In this document: positions 1 through 7,328 of the stretch, one piece after another | Layout of the letters: each line of letters opens with the position of its first letter | How positions within the stretch are numbered: the first letter of the stretch is position 1 | Assembly: GCF_006345805.1 (NCBI RefSeq) | Contig: NW_021828219.1 | Location: 1-9,015, forward strand | DNA from: Octopus sinensis | Lineage: Eukaryota | Direction of reading: 5' to 3' | Length of the DNA: 9,015 nt | The notes under the pieces: generated by a model | The model's database searches: none | What the model was told of the DNA's origin: nothing | The model's input: the letters and a program-made list of their open reading frames with translations, nothing else | Translations under genes and position numbers: made by a program

Positions 1-163
1 ATATTTTACAAAGCTGTGCTTTGGTGATTGTTGCAAAGGCTGCCAAAGCAGCGTCCTTCAACTGTTAGGTATTCTGGTATCGCTCTTGTGAAATTCCCTC
101 ATTGATAATAGAAAATTAAAACAATATTTACATGGGATAACAAGACATTCGGACCACCCTGTA
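1..163 (-). mobile_element. Terminus of a Tc1/mariner-superfamily DNA transposon, internally deleted, with a transposase C-terminal remnant
   Basis: The reverse complement of 144-163 is TA+CAGGGTGGTCCGAATGTC, a typical Tc1/mariner end with TA at 162-163. The minus frame from 100 reads EGISQERYQNT*QLKDAALAAFATITKAQLCKI, resembling the post-catalytic 'WGxxKxRVY...ELKxAIxxAxxxIT' region. The element runs off the window. Confidence 0.5.
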
Positions 164-275
164 CATCAGAAAATACGAAGAAGGTTACAATTTAGAAAGT
201 TTCATAATCTCTATCGTTGTTCTAGATATTTGCAAAAAATCTACAGGCAAAGAATTGCGGGCTGGAAGGAAATAA

Positions 276-474
276 TATTTTCTACTATAGGCACAAGGCT
301 TGAAATCTGTGGAGAGGAGACTAGTCGATTACATCGACTCTAGTACATGACCGGTACTTAATTTATCGACCCCGAAAGGATGAAAGGCAAAGTCGATCTC
401 GGTGAAATTTGAACTCAAAACGTAGCTACGGGCGAAATGCCACTAAGCATGTCGTCCGGCGTGCTAACGTTTCT
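276..474 (-). mobile_element. SINE family A copy (tail type 1), 5' end missing
   Basis: Reverse complement of the family-A body: B-box-like GTTCAAATT, central CCTT-CGGGGTCGATAAATTAAGTACC (one T short of other copies), GTCGA-N5-TCGAC hairpin (324-338) and tail CCTTGTGCCTATAGTAGAAA. Confidence 0.85.
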
Positions 475-704
475 TATTTCTTTATTGCCCACAAGGGGCT
501 AAACATAGAGGGGACAAACAAGGACAAACAAAGGGATTCAGTCGATTACATCGACCCCAGTACGTAACTGGTACTTAATTTATCGACCCCGAAAGGATGA
601 AAGGCAAAGTCGATCTCGGCGGAATTTGAACTCAGAACGTAAAGCCGGATGAAATACCACTAGGCATTTTTTCGGAATGCCAACGATTCTCCCAGCTCGC
701 CGCC
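475..704 (-). mobile_element. SINE family A copy (tail type 2), near full length
   Basis: Head GGCGGCGAGCTGGGAGAATCG at the 704 end, same central domain as other copies, tail 2 = ...CCCCTTGTGGGCAATAAAGAAATA. Confidence 0.88.
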
Positions 705-785
705 GTATTTGATACCTTAATAAGCAAAAGAGAGTGTTTCTCCATTATATTTAGCTGGCACATCATTTTGTCGCCCCGCTTGAAA

Positions 786-843
786 TCTAATCGACTGGCT
801 CTCCCCACCACCAAATTTCGGACCTTGTGCCTAGAGTAGAAAA
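786..843 (+). mobile_element. SINE family A 3' fragment (tail type 1)
   Basis: TCTAATCGACTGG...AAATTTCGGACCTTGTGCCTAGAGTAGAAAA matches the tail-1 ends at 1191-1231 and 2161-2220. Confidence 0.75.
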
Positions 844-850
844 TATTTTA

Positions 851-1231
851 AGGAGGCGAGCTGGCAGAAACGTTAGCACGCCAGACGAAATGCCCAGCAG
901 TATTTCGTCTGCCGTTACGTTCTGAGTTCAAATTACGCCGAGGTTGACTTTGCCTTTCATCCTTTCGGGGTCGATTAAATAAGTACCAGTTACGTACTGG
1001 GGTCGACGTAATCGACTTAATCCGTTTGACTGTCCTTGTTTGTCTTCTCTGTGTTTAGTCCCTTCTGGGTAGTAAAGAAATAAGTATTTCGTCTGCCGCT
1101 ACGTTCTGAGTTCAAATACCGCTGAGGTCGACTTTGCCTTTTATCATTTCGGAGTCGATAGATTAAGGACCAGTTGCGTGTTGGGGTCGATCTAATCGAC
1201 TGGCCCCATCCCTTGTGCCTAGAGTAGAAAA
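851..1231 (+). mobile_element. Dimeric SINE family A (head-body-tail2-body-tail1)
   Basis: A box TGGCAGAAACG (862-872), B-box-like GTTCAAATT (926-934). Tail 2 ends near 1083 and the body restarts at GTATTTCG (1084), ending in tail 1. Confidence 0.88.
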
Positions 1232-1269
1232 TGAATTGAACACCTTTTCCTTATTCAACTGACAGATGC

Positions 1270-1344
1270 TTGCATTTCATCCTTTCGCGGTCGATAAATT
1301 AATGAATCGCAAAAACTGACCTGGGTGTGATTTGAACTCAGAAC
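1270..1344. repeat. Degenerate SINE family A fragments in both orientations
   Basis: TTGCATTTCATCCTTTCGCGGTCGATAAATTAA (+, 1270-1302) and GATTTGAACTCAGAAC (-, 1329-1344). Confidence 0.55.
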
Positions 1345-1425
1345 ATATTGTGAAGGAAAAAATGTTGCAAAGCATTTCTGCTATGATACACCCCACAACA
1401 ACTACACGGATGGGTCAAATATATA

Positions 1426-1636
1426 CGAGGGGGTGGACAAAAGTAGGTTTTCAGCTACTTAATTAATGGAATGTTCTTTTCATTTCTTTATCAAACTTAT
1501 AGAAACCTGAGCGATTCATAAGTTGACTAGATAAAAACAACATAGAATTATAAAATTCTTATCGTAAAAAGAAAATTGAGATATGAAAAGAACATTCCAC
1601 TCATTTTAAGCAACTGTGTACTTTTGTCCACCGCTG
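1426..1636. mobile_element. Tc1/mariner-type MITE with imperfect ~55-bp terminal inverted repeats
   Basis: Inverted blocks GGTGGACAAAAGTA (1432-1445 / 1619-1632) and TGGAATGTTCTTTTCAT (1467-1483 / 1583-1599). TA precedes the left end (1424-1425). AT-rich non-coding interior. Confidence 0.7.
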
Positions 1637-1827
1637 TTGAAATCGGCTTCTTCAAAGAAAACAAAAAAAAACATCGACAACAACAAACAAAAAAATAAAA
1701 TAAAACCGTTTCTATTGAACCAGCGAGGGAGGTTGTATGTGGGAGCTCAACCTGCAAGAAATAACAGCCAAATCTCTTCGAACTTTACTTGATTTTTTGA
1801 CCTGATATTACAGCTTTCAAAGAATAT

Positions 1828-2223
1828 GAGCTGGCAGAATCGTCAGCACGCTGGACGAAATGCTTAGCGGTATTTCGCCTGCCGCTACGTTCTGAGTTCA
1901 AATTACGCCGAGGTCGACTTTGCCGTTCATCCTTCCGGAGTCGATTAAATAAGTACCAGTTACGCACTGGGGTCGATACACTCGACTTAATCCGTTTGTC
2001 TGTCCTTGTTTGTTCCCTGTGTGTTTATCCCCTTGTGGGTAGTAAAGAAATAGGTATTTTGCCCGTCGCTACGTTCTGAGTTCAAATTCCGCCGAGGTTG
2101 ACTTTGCCTTTCATCCATTTGGGGATCGATAAGTTAAGTACCAGTTACGCACTGGGGTCGATGTAATCGATTATTCCCCTCCCACCAAATTTCCGTCCTT
2201 GTGCCTATAGTAGAAAGGATATT
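1828..2223 (+). mobile_element. Dimeric SINE family A (head-body-tail2-body-tail1)
   Basis: Same layout and same junction (GGGTAGTAAAGAAATAG|GTATTT, ~2053) as 851-1231. Confidence 0.88.
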
Positions 2224-2450
2224 TATTTCTTTATTGCCACAGGGGGTGAAACATGGCGAGGACAAACAAGGGCAGACAAAGGGATTAAGTCGATTACATC
2301 GATCCTAGTGCGTAACTGGTACTTATTTGATCGACCCCGAAAGGATGAAAGGTAAAGTCTTTCTCGGCGGAATTTGAACTCAGAACGTAGCGGTAGACGA
2401 AATACCGCTAATTCGTCCGGCGTGCTAACCATACTGCCAGTTGGCCGCCC
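2224..2450 (-). mobile_element. SINE family A monomer (tail type 2); first unit of a local tandem array
   Basis: Full head to tail-2 reverse complement, followed by spacer TTCGAATTACAAATAT, which recurs at 2879. Confidence 0.85.
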
Positions 2451-2467
2451 TTCGAATTACAAATATA

Positions 2468-2878
2468 TATTTCTTTATTGCCCACAAGAGGCTAAACATA
2501 GAGGGGATAGCCAAGGACAGACAAACGGATTAAGTCGATTATATCGACCACAGTAACTGGTATTTATTTAATTGACCCCGAAAGGATGAAAGGCAAAGTC
2601 GACCTCGGCAGAATGGGAACTCAAAACGTAGCGGCAGACGAAATACCTATTTCTTTACTACCCACAAGGGGCTAAACACAGAGAGGACAAACAAGGACAG
2701 ACAAACGGATTAAGTCGATTATATCGACCCAGTGCGTAACTGGTATTTAATTTATCGACCCCGAAAGGATGAAAGGCAAAGTCGACCTCGGTGGAATTTG
2801 AACTCAGAACGTAACAACAGACGAAATACCGCTAAGCATTTCGCCCGGCGTGCGAACCATACTGCCAGCTGGCCGCCC
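2468..2878 (-). mobile_element. Dimeric SINE family A (head-body-tail2-body-tail2)
   Basis: Dimer junction AAATACC|TATTTCTTTACTACCC at 2647/2648. Both monomers end in tail 2. Confidence 0.85.
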
Positions 2879-2895
2879 TTCGAATTACAAATATT

Positions 2896-2980
2896 TATTT
2901 CTTTATTGCCCACAGGGGACTAAACGTAGAGGGGACAATCAAGGACAGAGAGATTAACGATTCTGCCAGATTACTGCCTT
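2896..2980 (-). mobile_element. Internally deleted SINE family A (tail 2 fused to head)
   Basis: Tail 2 up to GATTAA (2957) joins directly to head sequence CGATTCTGCCAG, with TAA microhomology. Confidence 0.65.
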
Positions 2981-3060
2981 ATAGTAGAAAGTATATATTA
3001 CACCTTTCACAGAGAGATAAAGTTTTCTATTCTGCTGTTTAGACATAGAGTTATTAACAC

Positions 3061-3140
3061 ATTCTTTTCTTCTCTTAGCACAAGGCCAGAAATTTTGGAG
3101 GAGGGGACCAGCCGATTAGATCGACCCCAATACATAACTG
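3061..3140 (-). mobile_element. SINE family A 3' fragment (tail type 1)
   Basis: ATTCTTTTCT...AGCACAAGGCCAGAAATTTT...CGATTAGATCGACCCC. Confidence 0.7.
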
Positions 3141-3204
3141 TTTCTTTCATTCGGGCTATTATGTTAATTGATTACAAGCATGGTAGCTTTCACTTTTTCT
3201 TTTC

Positions 3205-3411
3205 TTTTATTCTATTTGTTTCAGTCATTTGACTGCGGCCATGCTGGAGCACCGCCTTTGGTCGAGCAAATCGACCCCAGGACTTATTCTTTGTAAGCCT
3301 AGTACTTATTCATTCTATCGGTCTCTCTTGCCGAACCGCTAAGTTATGGGGACGTAAACACACCAGCATCGTTTGTCAAGCGATGTTGGGGGGACAAACA
3401 CAGACACACAA

Positions 3412-3454
<43 letters not shown>

Positions 3455-3605
3455 TATATATGCATATATACGACGGGCTTCTTTCAGTTTCCGTCTACCA
3501 AATCCACTCACAAAGCTTTGGTTGGCCCGAGGCTATGGTAGAAGACACTTGCTCAAGTTGCCACGCAATGGGACTGAACAAGCTACTTACCACACAGCCA
3601 CTCCT
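3205..3605 (-). mobile_element. SINE family B (tRNA head + CORE-like box + internal microsatellite; possibly the octopus OR2 type)
   Basis: Collinear with 5131-5537 and with 5975-6241/7519-7700. Internal (CA)n at ~3407-3450. About 20 bp deleted in the tRNA head near 3579. Confidence 0.88.
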
Positions 3606-3689
3606 ATCTATAAATCATATTTACATATGCAACAAACTTGACTTCCGGGAGTTTCAACTGAAGCAGTTTCAACAAACAGAATACGAGAC

Positions 3690-4017
3690 ATTATTTACAT
3701 TTGACGGACATTTGTCCTCATCTTGCATATGGCGTAGTGGTTAGGAGCGCGGGCTACTAGCCCCAAGATTCATAGTTCGATTCCAGGCAGCGATCTGAAT
3801 AATAATAATAACAACAGCAACAACTAAAAATACTTTAGGAATGAGAACCCAGGTTCGAAATTTCCCCAAGACACCTGATATACTCACCAGCCTTCATCAG
3901 GAGGGTATATCAGCCGAAACGTTGTGTTAACAACAAACAAGATGAGGACAAATGTCCGTCAAATGTAAATAATTTAAATAATGTACATGATTCTTCATCT
4001 TTTAAATATAGAACTGT
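3690..4017 (+). mobile_element. tRNA-Arg-like SINE with a hammerhead-derived 3' part and a 5' inverted duplication (Penelope-like architecture)
   Basis: A box TGGCGTAGTGG (3730-3740), B box AGTTCGATTCC (3775-3785). The head resembles tRNA-Arg(ACG) (CTAC...AAGATTC). Then an (AAT)n/(AAC)n linker and HHR remnants at 3871-3927. 3690-3725 is the exact reverse complement of 3938-3973. The 3' limit is approximate. Confidence 0.78.
3871..3927 (+). ncRNA. Rearranged (probably inactive) minimal type I hammerhead ribozyme
   Basis: Re-inverting 3875-3900 and joining to 3914-3927 gives ACAC-CTGATGA-A-GGCTG-n10-CAGCC-GAAA-CG-TT-GTGT: stem I ACAC/GTGT, stem II GGCTG/CAGCC, palindromic AACGTT (3918-3923). 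Confidence 0.7.
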
Positions 4018-4427
4018 GGAATATAAAACTTTGAAACACCGAATCTACAAACAACTTTTGTCTATGTTTCATTGAAAACCAGGGAGAACCATTGACTGGT
4101 CTGTTGGACATTTCTTTGACTTCAAACGTTTAATGAGACTATTCACAATTCATTTTTCTCCAATGCGGTAGTAACAAAACATCATCTTGTCTACTTATTC
4201 CAGACTTCTTATGTTGGTAGAAATAATACGCACGATTCTTAAGCTCGAACAATAACAATCTTTATTTTCGGTGGCTAAAATACGTTTAACGAAGATAGAG
4301 ATATTGTTCGCGACTGTAACTGACTTACGTAACGTCGTTAGGAAAGACATCTTCATTGCCATTGCTCCTTGTTTACTTTCAAACTTCCAGAGAGTTATTA
4401 ATGTTACACTTAGTCCTAATATTCTTT

Positions 4428-4732
4428 CTGCGGAGTCACATGGCCTAGTGGTTAGGGCAGCGGACTCGCGGTCGAAGGGTCGAGGGTTCGAATCGCAGAC
4501 CGGGCGATGTGTATGTTTATGGGCGAAAACACCTAAGCTCCACGCGGCTCCGGCAGAAGGTAATGGCGAAATTCTGCTGACTCTTTCGCTACAAATTTCT
4601 CTCACTGTTTCCTCCTGCATCTTGCAGCTCACCTGCGACGGACCGGCGTCCCGTCCAGGTGGGGAACCTATACGCCAAGAAACCGAGAAACCGGCCCTTA
4701 TGAGCCTGGCATGACTCGAGAAGGAACAAACA
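4428..4732 (+). mobile_element. tRNA-derived SINE with V-domain-like 3' region
   Basis: A box TGGCCTAGTGG (4441-4451), B box GGTTCGAATCG (4485-4495). ACCTGCGACGGACCGGCGTCCCGTCCAGG (~4631-4659) resembles the V-SINE domain as I recall it. Candidate 10-bp TSD AATATTCTTT at 4418-4427 and 4733-4742. Confidence 0.78.
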
Positions 4733-4734
4733 AA

Positions 4735-4920
4735 TATTCTTTTTACTATAGATATAAGGCAAAAGATTTTGACGGAAGGGAGATTACATCGACCCCAGTG
4801 TCAGCTGGTACTTATTTTAACGACCCCGAAAGGTTGAAAGGGCAAAATCGACCTCGAAGGAATTTGAACTTAGAGCGAAATATGTCGCTAAGCTTTTGGC
4901 CCGACGTGCAAACGATTCTG
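4735..4920 (-). mobile_element. Diverged SINE family A copy (tail type 1)
   Basis: GATTACATCGACCCCAG...CGACCCCGAAAGGTTGAAAGG...GAATTTGAACT...AACGATTCTG. Confidence 0.75.
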
Positions 4921-5741
4921 GTTGCTACATTAGGGGATGACACCCCAGCTTTATCAACAGCGCAAAAGTGGACAACTGACTTTAGGAGTGGAAGGGAGAG
5001 TCTTCAAGATGACCCGAGGTGTGGACGTCCTGCAACGGCCACCATCGAGAAAACATTGATTGATTTCACCACATGCTGATGGATGACAGGCGAATAACTA
5101 TAAATCAAATAGCCAAAGCTATGAGTCTAAGAGGCGTAGGAGTGGCTGCGTGGTAAGTAGTTTACTTACCAACCACATGGTTCCGGGTTCAGTCCCACTG
5201 CGTGGCACCTTGGGCAAGTGTCTTCTACTATAGCCTCGGGCCGACCAAAGCCTTGTGAGAGGATTTGGTAGACGGAAACTGAAAGAAGACCGTCATATAT
5301 ATGTGTATATGTATGTGCGTGTATATGTTTGTGTGTCTGTGTTTGACCCCCAAGATCGCTTGACAACCGATGCTGGTATGTTTACGTCCCCGTAACTTAG
5401 CAGTTCGACAAAAGAGACCGATAGAATAAGTACTAGACTTACAAAGAATAAGCCCTGGGGTCGATATGCTCGACTAAAAGGCGGTGCTCCAGCATGGCTG
5501 CGGTCAAATGACTGAAACAAGTAAGAGAGTAAAGAGTCTATCACGTAAAAGAATTCAGAATATTCTGCACAACAGGATGTAAGTTGCTTCGTCAATGGAA
5601 TCGAAGAACTGTATAACCTGTGCACCGATGGAAGAAGTGTGTGGACCGCAAGGGAATTTATGTTGAAAAACAAACCTTATTCGGCCACATTCCTTGAGAG
5701 TGTCTTAGTCAGTCCATAAACTTTTTTAGCCGTCTCTCGTA
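4918..5741 (+). mobile_element. Decayed, internally deleted mariner element interrupted by a SINE
   Basis: LVATLGDDTPALSTAQKWTTDFRSGRESLQDDPRCGRPATAT (mariner HTH/GRPR region). After a frameshift HHMLMDDRRITINQIAKAMSL, continuing past the SINE as SRKRIQNILHN. After a deletion removing the catalytic domain, FVNGIEELYN..RWKKCVDRKGIYVEK (5588-5670). Right end is the reverse complement of TA+CGAGAGACGGCTAAAAAAGTT (TA at 5740-5741). Confidence 0.88.
5131..5537 (+). mobile_element. SINE family B, full length, inserted in the mariner ORF
   Basis: A box TGGCTGCGTGG (5143-5153), B box GGTTCAGTCCC (5186-5196), CORE-like GTGGCACCTTGGGCAAGTGTCTT (from 5202), (TA/TG)n core, (AGAGTA)n tail. 7-bp TSD GAGTCTA at 5123-5129 and 5534-5540. 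Confidence 0.92.
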
Positions 5742-5814
5742 TGTTGTAATATTCTATAATGCTGTGAATTCGTTTGATGCCATGATAGAATTTGCGCTTT
5801 ATCCATCCAAGCAA

Positions 5815-5974
5815 GTATATGTGTATATATATATATATATATAATATATATATATATATACATACATGTACATATACATGTATATATACATGTACATATA
5901 TATGTACATGTATATATATATATATAAGTACATGTATATATATATACATGTACATATATATATACACATACATA
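5815..5974. repeat. Compound (TA)n/(TACA)n/(TACATG)n microsatellite
   Basis: Directly visible; many TACATGTA and (TA)n self-complementary blocks. Confidence 0.92.
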
Positions 5975-6186
5975 TACTCTTTTACTCTTTTACTTGTTTC
6001 AGTCACTTGACTGCGGCCATGCTGGAGCACCACCCTTAGTCGATCAAATCGACCCCGGGACTTATTCTTTGTAAGCCCAGTACTTATTCTATCGGTCTCT
6101 TTTGCCGAACCGCTAAGTGACGGGGACGTAAACACACCAGCATCGGTTGTCAAGCAATGCTAGGGGGACAAACACAGACACACAAG

Positions 6187-6217
<31 letters not shown>

Positions 6218-6241
6218 TTATATATATATATATATATATAA
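5975..6241 (-). mobile_element. SINE family B, 3' half (split by the HHR element)
   Basis: (TACTCTTT)n tail, TGTTTCAGTCACTTGACTGCGGCCATG..., ending in the internal (CA)n(TA)n tract. Confidence 0.9.
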
Positions 6242-6502
6242 TTGGAATAATTATCAATTACACCAAGTAGTCTTCGGCATGTAAAAGCCTCATTCGAGGA
6301 AAATTTAAGTAATACTAAGCAATTAAGGGTTTTAGCAACGAATTGCCTTACCCGCCACCGAATTTAGAAATAGCAGTCAAAGAGATTATAGCTATTTCTT
6401 CTACTAAAAGGGAGATCACAGTAAAGGCACAGCATTTGTAGGCAAACACAAACAGGTGAGAGAGAAAGAATTAACGGCAATCTATCATACAGTTTTAAGT
6501 CA

Positions 6503-6594
6503 CCTACGGACGTACGTTTCGAGATCAAGTCTTAGGAAAGCATAAGAATTAGATAACTCTACCTTACCCAGACTTCTTCTTTCATCAGCGCAGG
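6503..6594 (-). ncRNA. Type I hammerhead ribozyme, complete
   Basis: Minus strand: CCUGCG (stem I) - CUGAUGA (6582-6588) - 61-nt stem II (AAGUCU/AGACUU core) - GAAA-C-GUAC-G-UC - CGUAGG (stem I'). Predicted GUC cleavage between 6509 and 6508. Confidence 0.85.
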
Positions 6595-7091
6595 ATACAA
6601 ACAATCATGAATGATTGAATATTGAATTTTGAGATACTAGAAGGCACCAACTCAACTCAGTATCAGAGCGAGCTAGAAGCCACAGCTAGTATCACCGAAT
6701 TCAATGTATGAATGAAAGCCCGCGTCACCAGTCCCTTCCCACCCGCGTGTAGCCAAGACAAAATGCTGTGGTCATTACTGGATGATGATATGGCTATGTA
6801 TGAGTAACAATGAAGGGTGAAATTAATTAATTTGGAATAATTATCAATTACACCAAGTAGTCTTCGGCATGTAAAAGCCTCATTCGAGGAAAATTTAAGT
6901 AATACTAAGCAATTAAGGGTTTAGCAACGAATTGCCTTACCACACACCGAATTTAGAAATAGCAGTCAAAGAGATTATAGCTATTTCTTCTACTAAAAGG
7001 GAGATCACAGTAAAGGCACAGCATTTGTAGGCAAACACAAACAGGTGAGAGAGAAAGAATTAACGGCAATCTATCATACAGTTTTAAGTCA

Positions 7092-7149
7092 CCTACGGAC
7101 GTACGTTTCGAGATCAAGTCTTAGGAAAGCATAAGAATTAGATAACTCT
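7092..7149 (-). ncRNA. Truncated half hammerhead (GAAA, stem III, cleavage site and stem I' only)
   Basis: Identical to 6503-6560 but cut by the inversion junction inside stem II; CUGAUGA is absent on this strand. Confidence 0.75.
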
Positions 7150-7236
7150 GGCTTCTAGCTCGCTCTGATACTGAGTTGAGTTGGTGCCTTCTAGTATCTC
7201 AAAATTCAATATTCAATCATTCATGATTGTTTGTAT

Positions 7237-7328
7237 CCTGCGCTGATGAAAGAAGAAGTCTGGGTAAGGTAGAGTTATCTAATTCTTATGCTTTCCTAAG
7301 ACTTGATCTCGAAACGTACGTCCGTAGG
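7237..7328 (+). ncRNA. Type I hammerhead ribozyme, complete (inverted copy)
   Basis: CCTGCG 7237-7242, CTGATGA 7243-7249, GAAA 7311-7314, CGTACG-TC with predicted cleavage after C7322, CGTAGG 7323-7328. Confidence 0.85.

Noticed and set aside
1849-1855. CTGACGA on the minus strand with a downstream GAAA
   Set aside because: A point variant of the SINE head (other copies read GTTAGC); no stem I or II pairing.
632-2923. ORFs 632-814, 1548-1757, 1785-1967, 2223-2432, 2374-2556 and 2732-2923, some with similar peptides (MRNWYL..RKDER)
   Set aside because: They are translations of SINE family A copies or of the MITE; the similarity reflects the repeat, not a gene family.
276-2980. Regularly recurring short motifs resembling a CRISPR-like array
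   Set aside because: The intervening sequences are homologous SINE bodies rather than unique spacers, orientation is mixed, and the context is eukaryotic.
3726-3795. tRNA gene candidates (also 4431-4505 and 5131-5200)
   Set aside because: A and B boxes are present but acceptor and anticodon stems pair poorly, and each continues into a SINE body.
4020-4417. AT-rich stretch with no repeat assignment
   Set aside because: No motif, structure or coding signal that I could support.
4195-4714. Overlapping 145-aa and 147-aa ORFs on opposite strands
   Set aside because: Both run through the tRNA-derived SINE at 4428-4732 and show no recognisable domain.
4711-5079. 122-aa ORF ending in a mariner HTH segment
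   Set aside because: Chance in-frame fusion of an antisense SINE with a frameshifted transposase relic; no evidence of a domesticated gene.
5677-6153. 158-aa and 72-aa Tyr/Ile/His-rich ORFs (also 3373-3744, 5166-5366, 5293-5673, 7508-7708)
   Set aside because: Translations of microsatellites and SINE family B.
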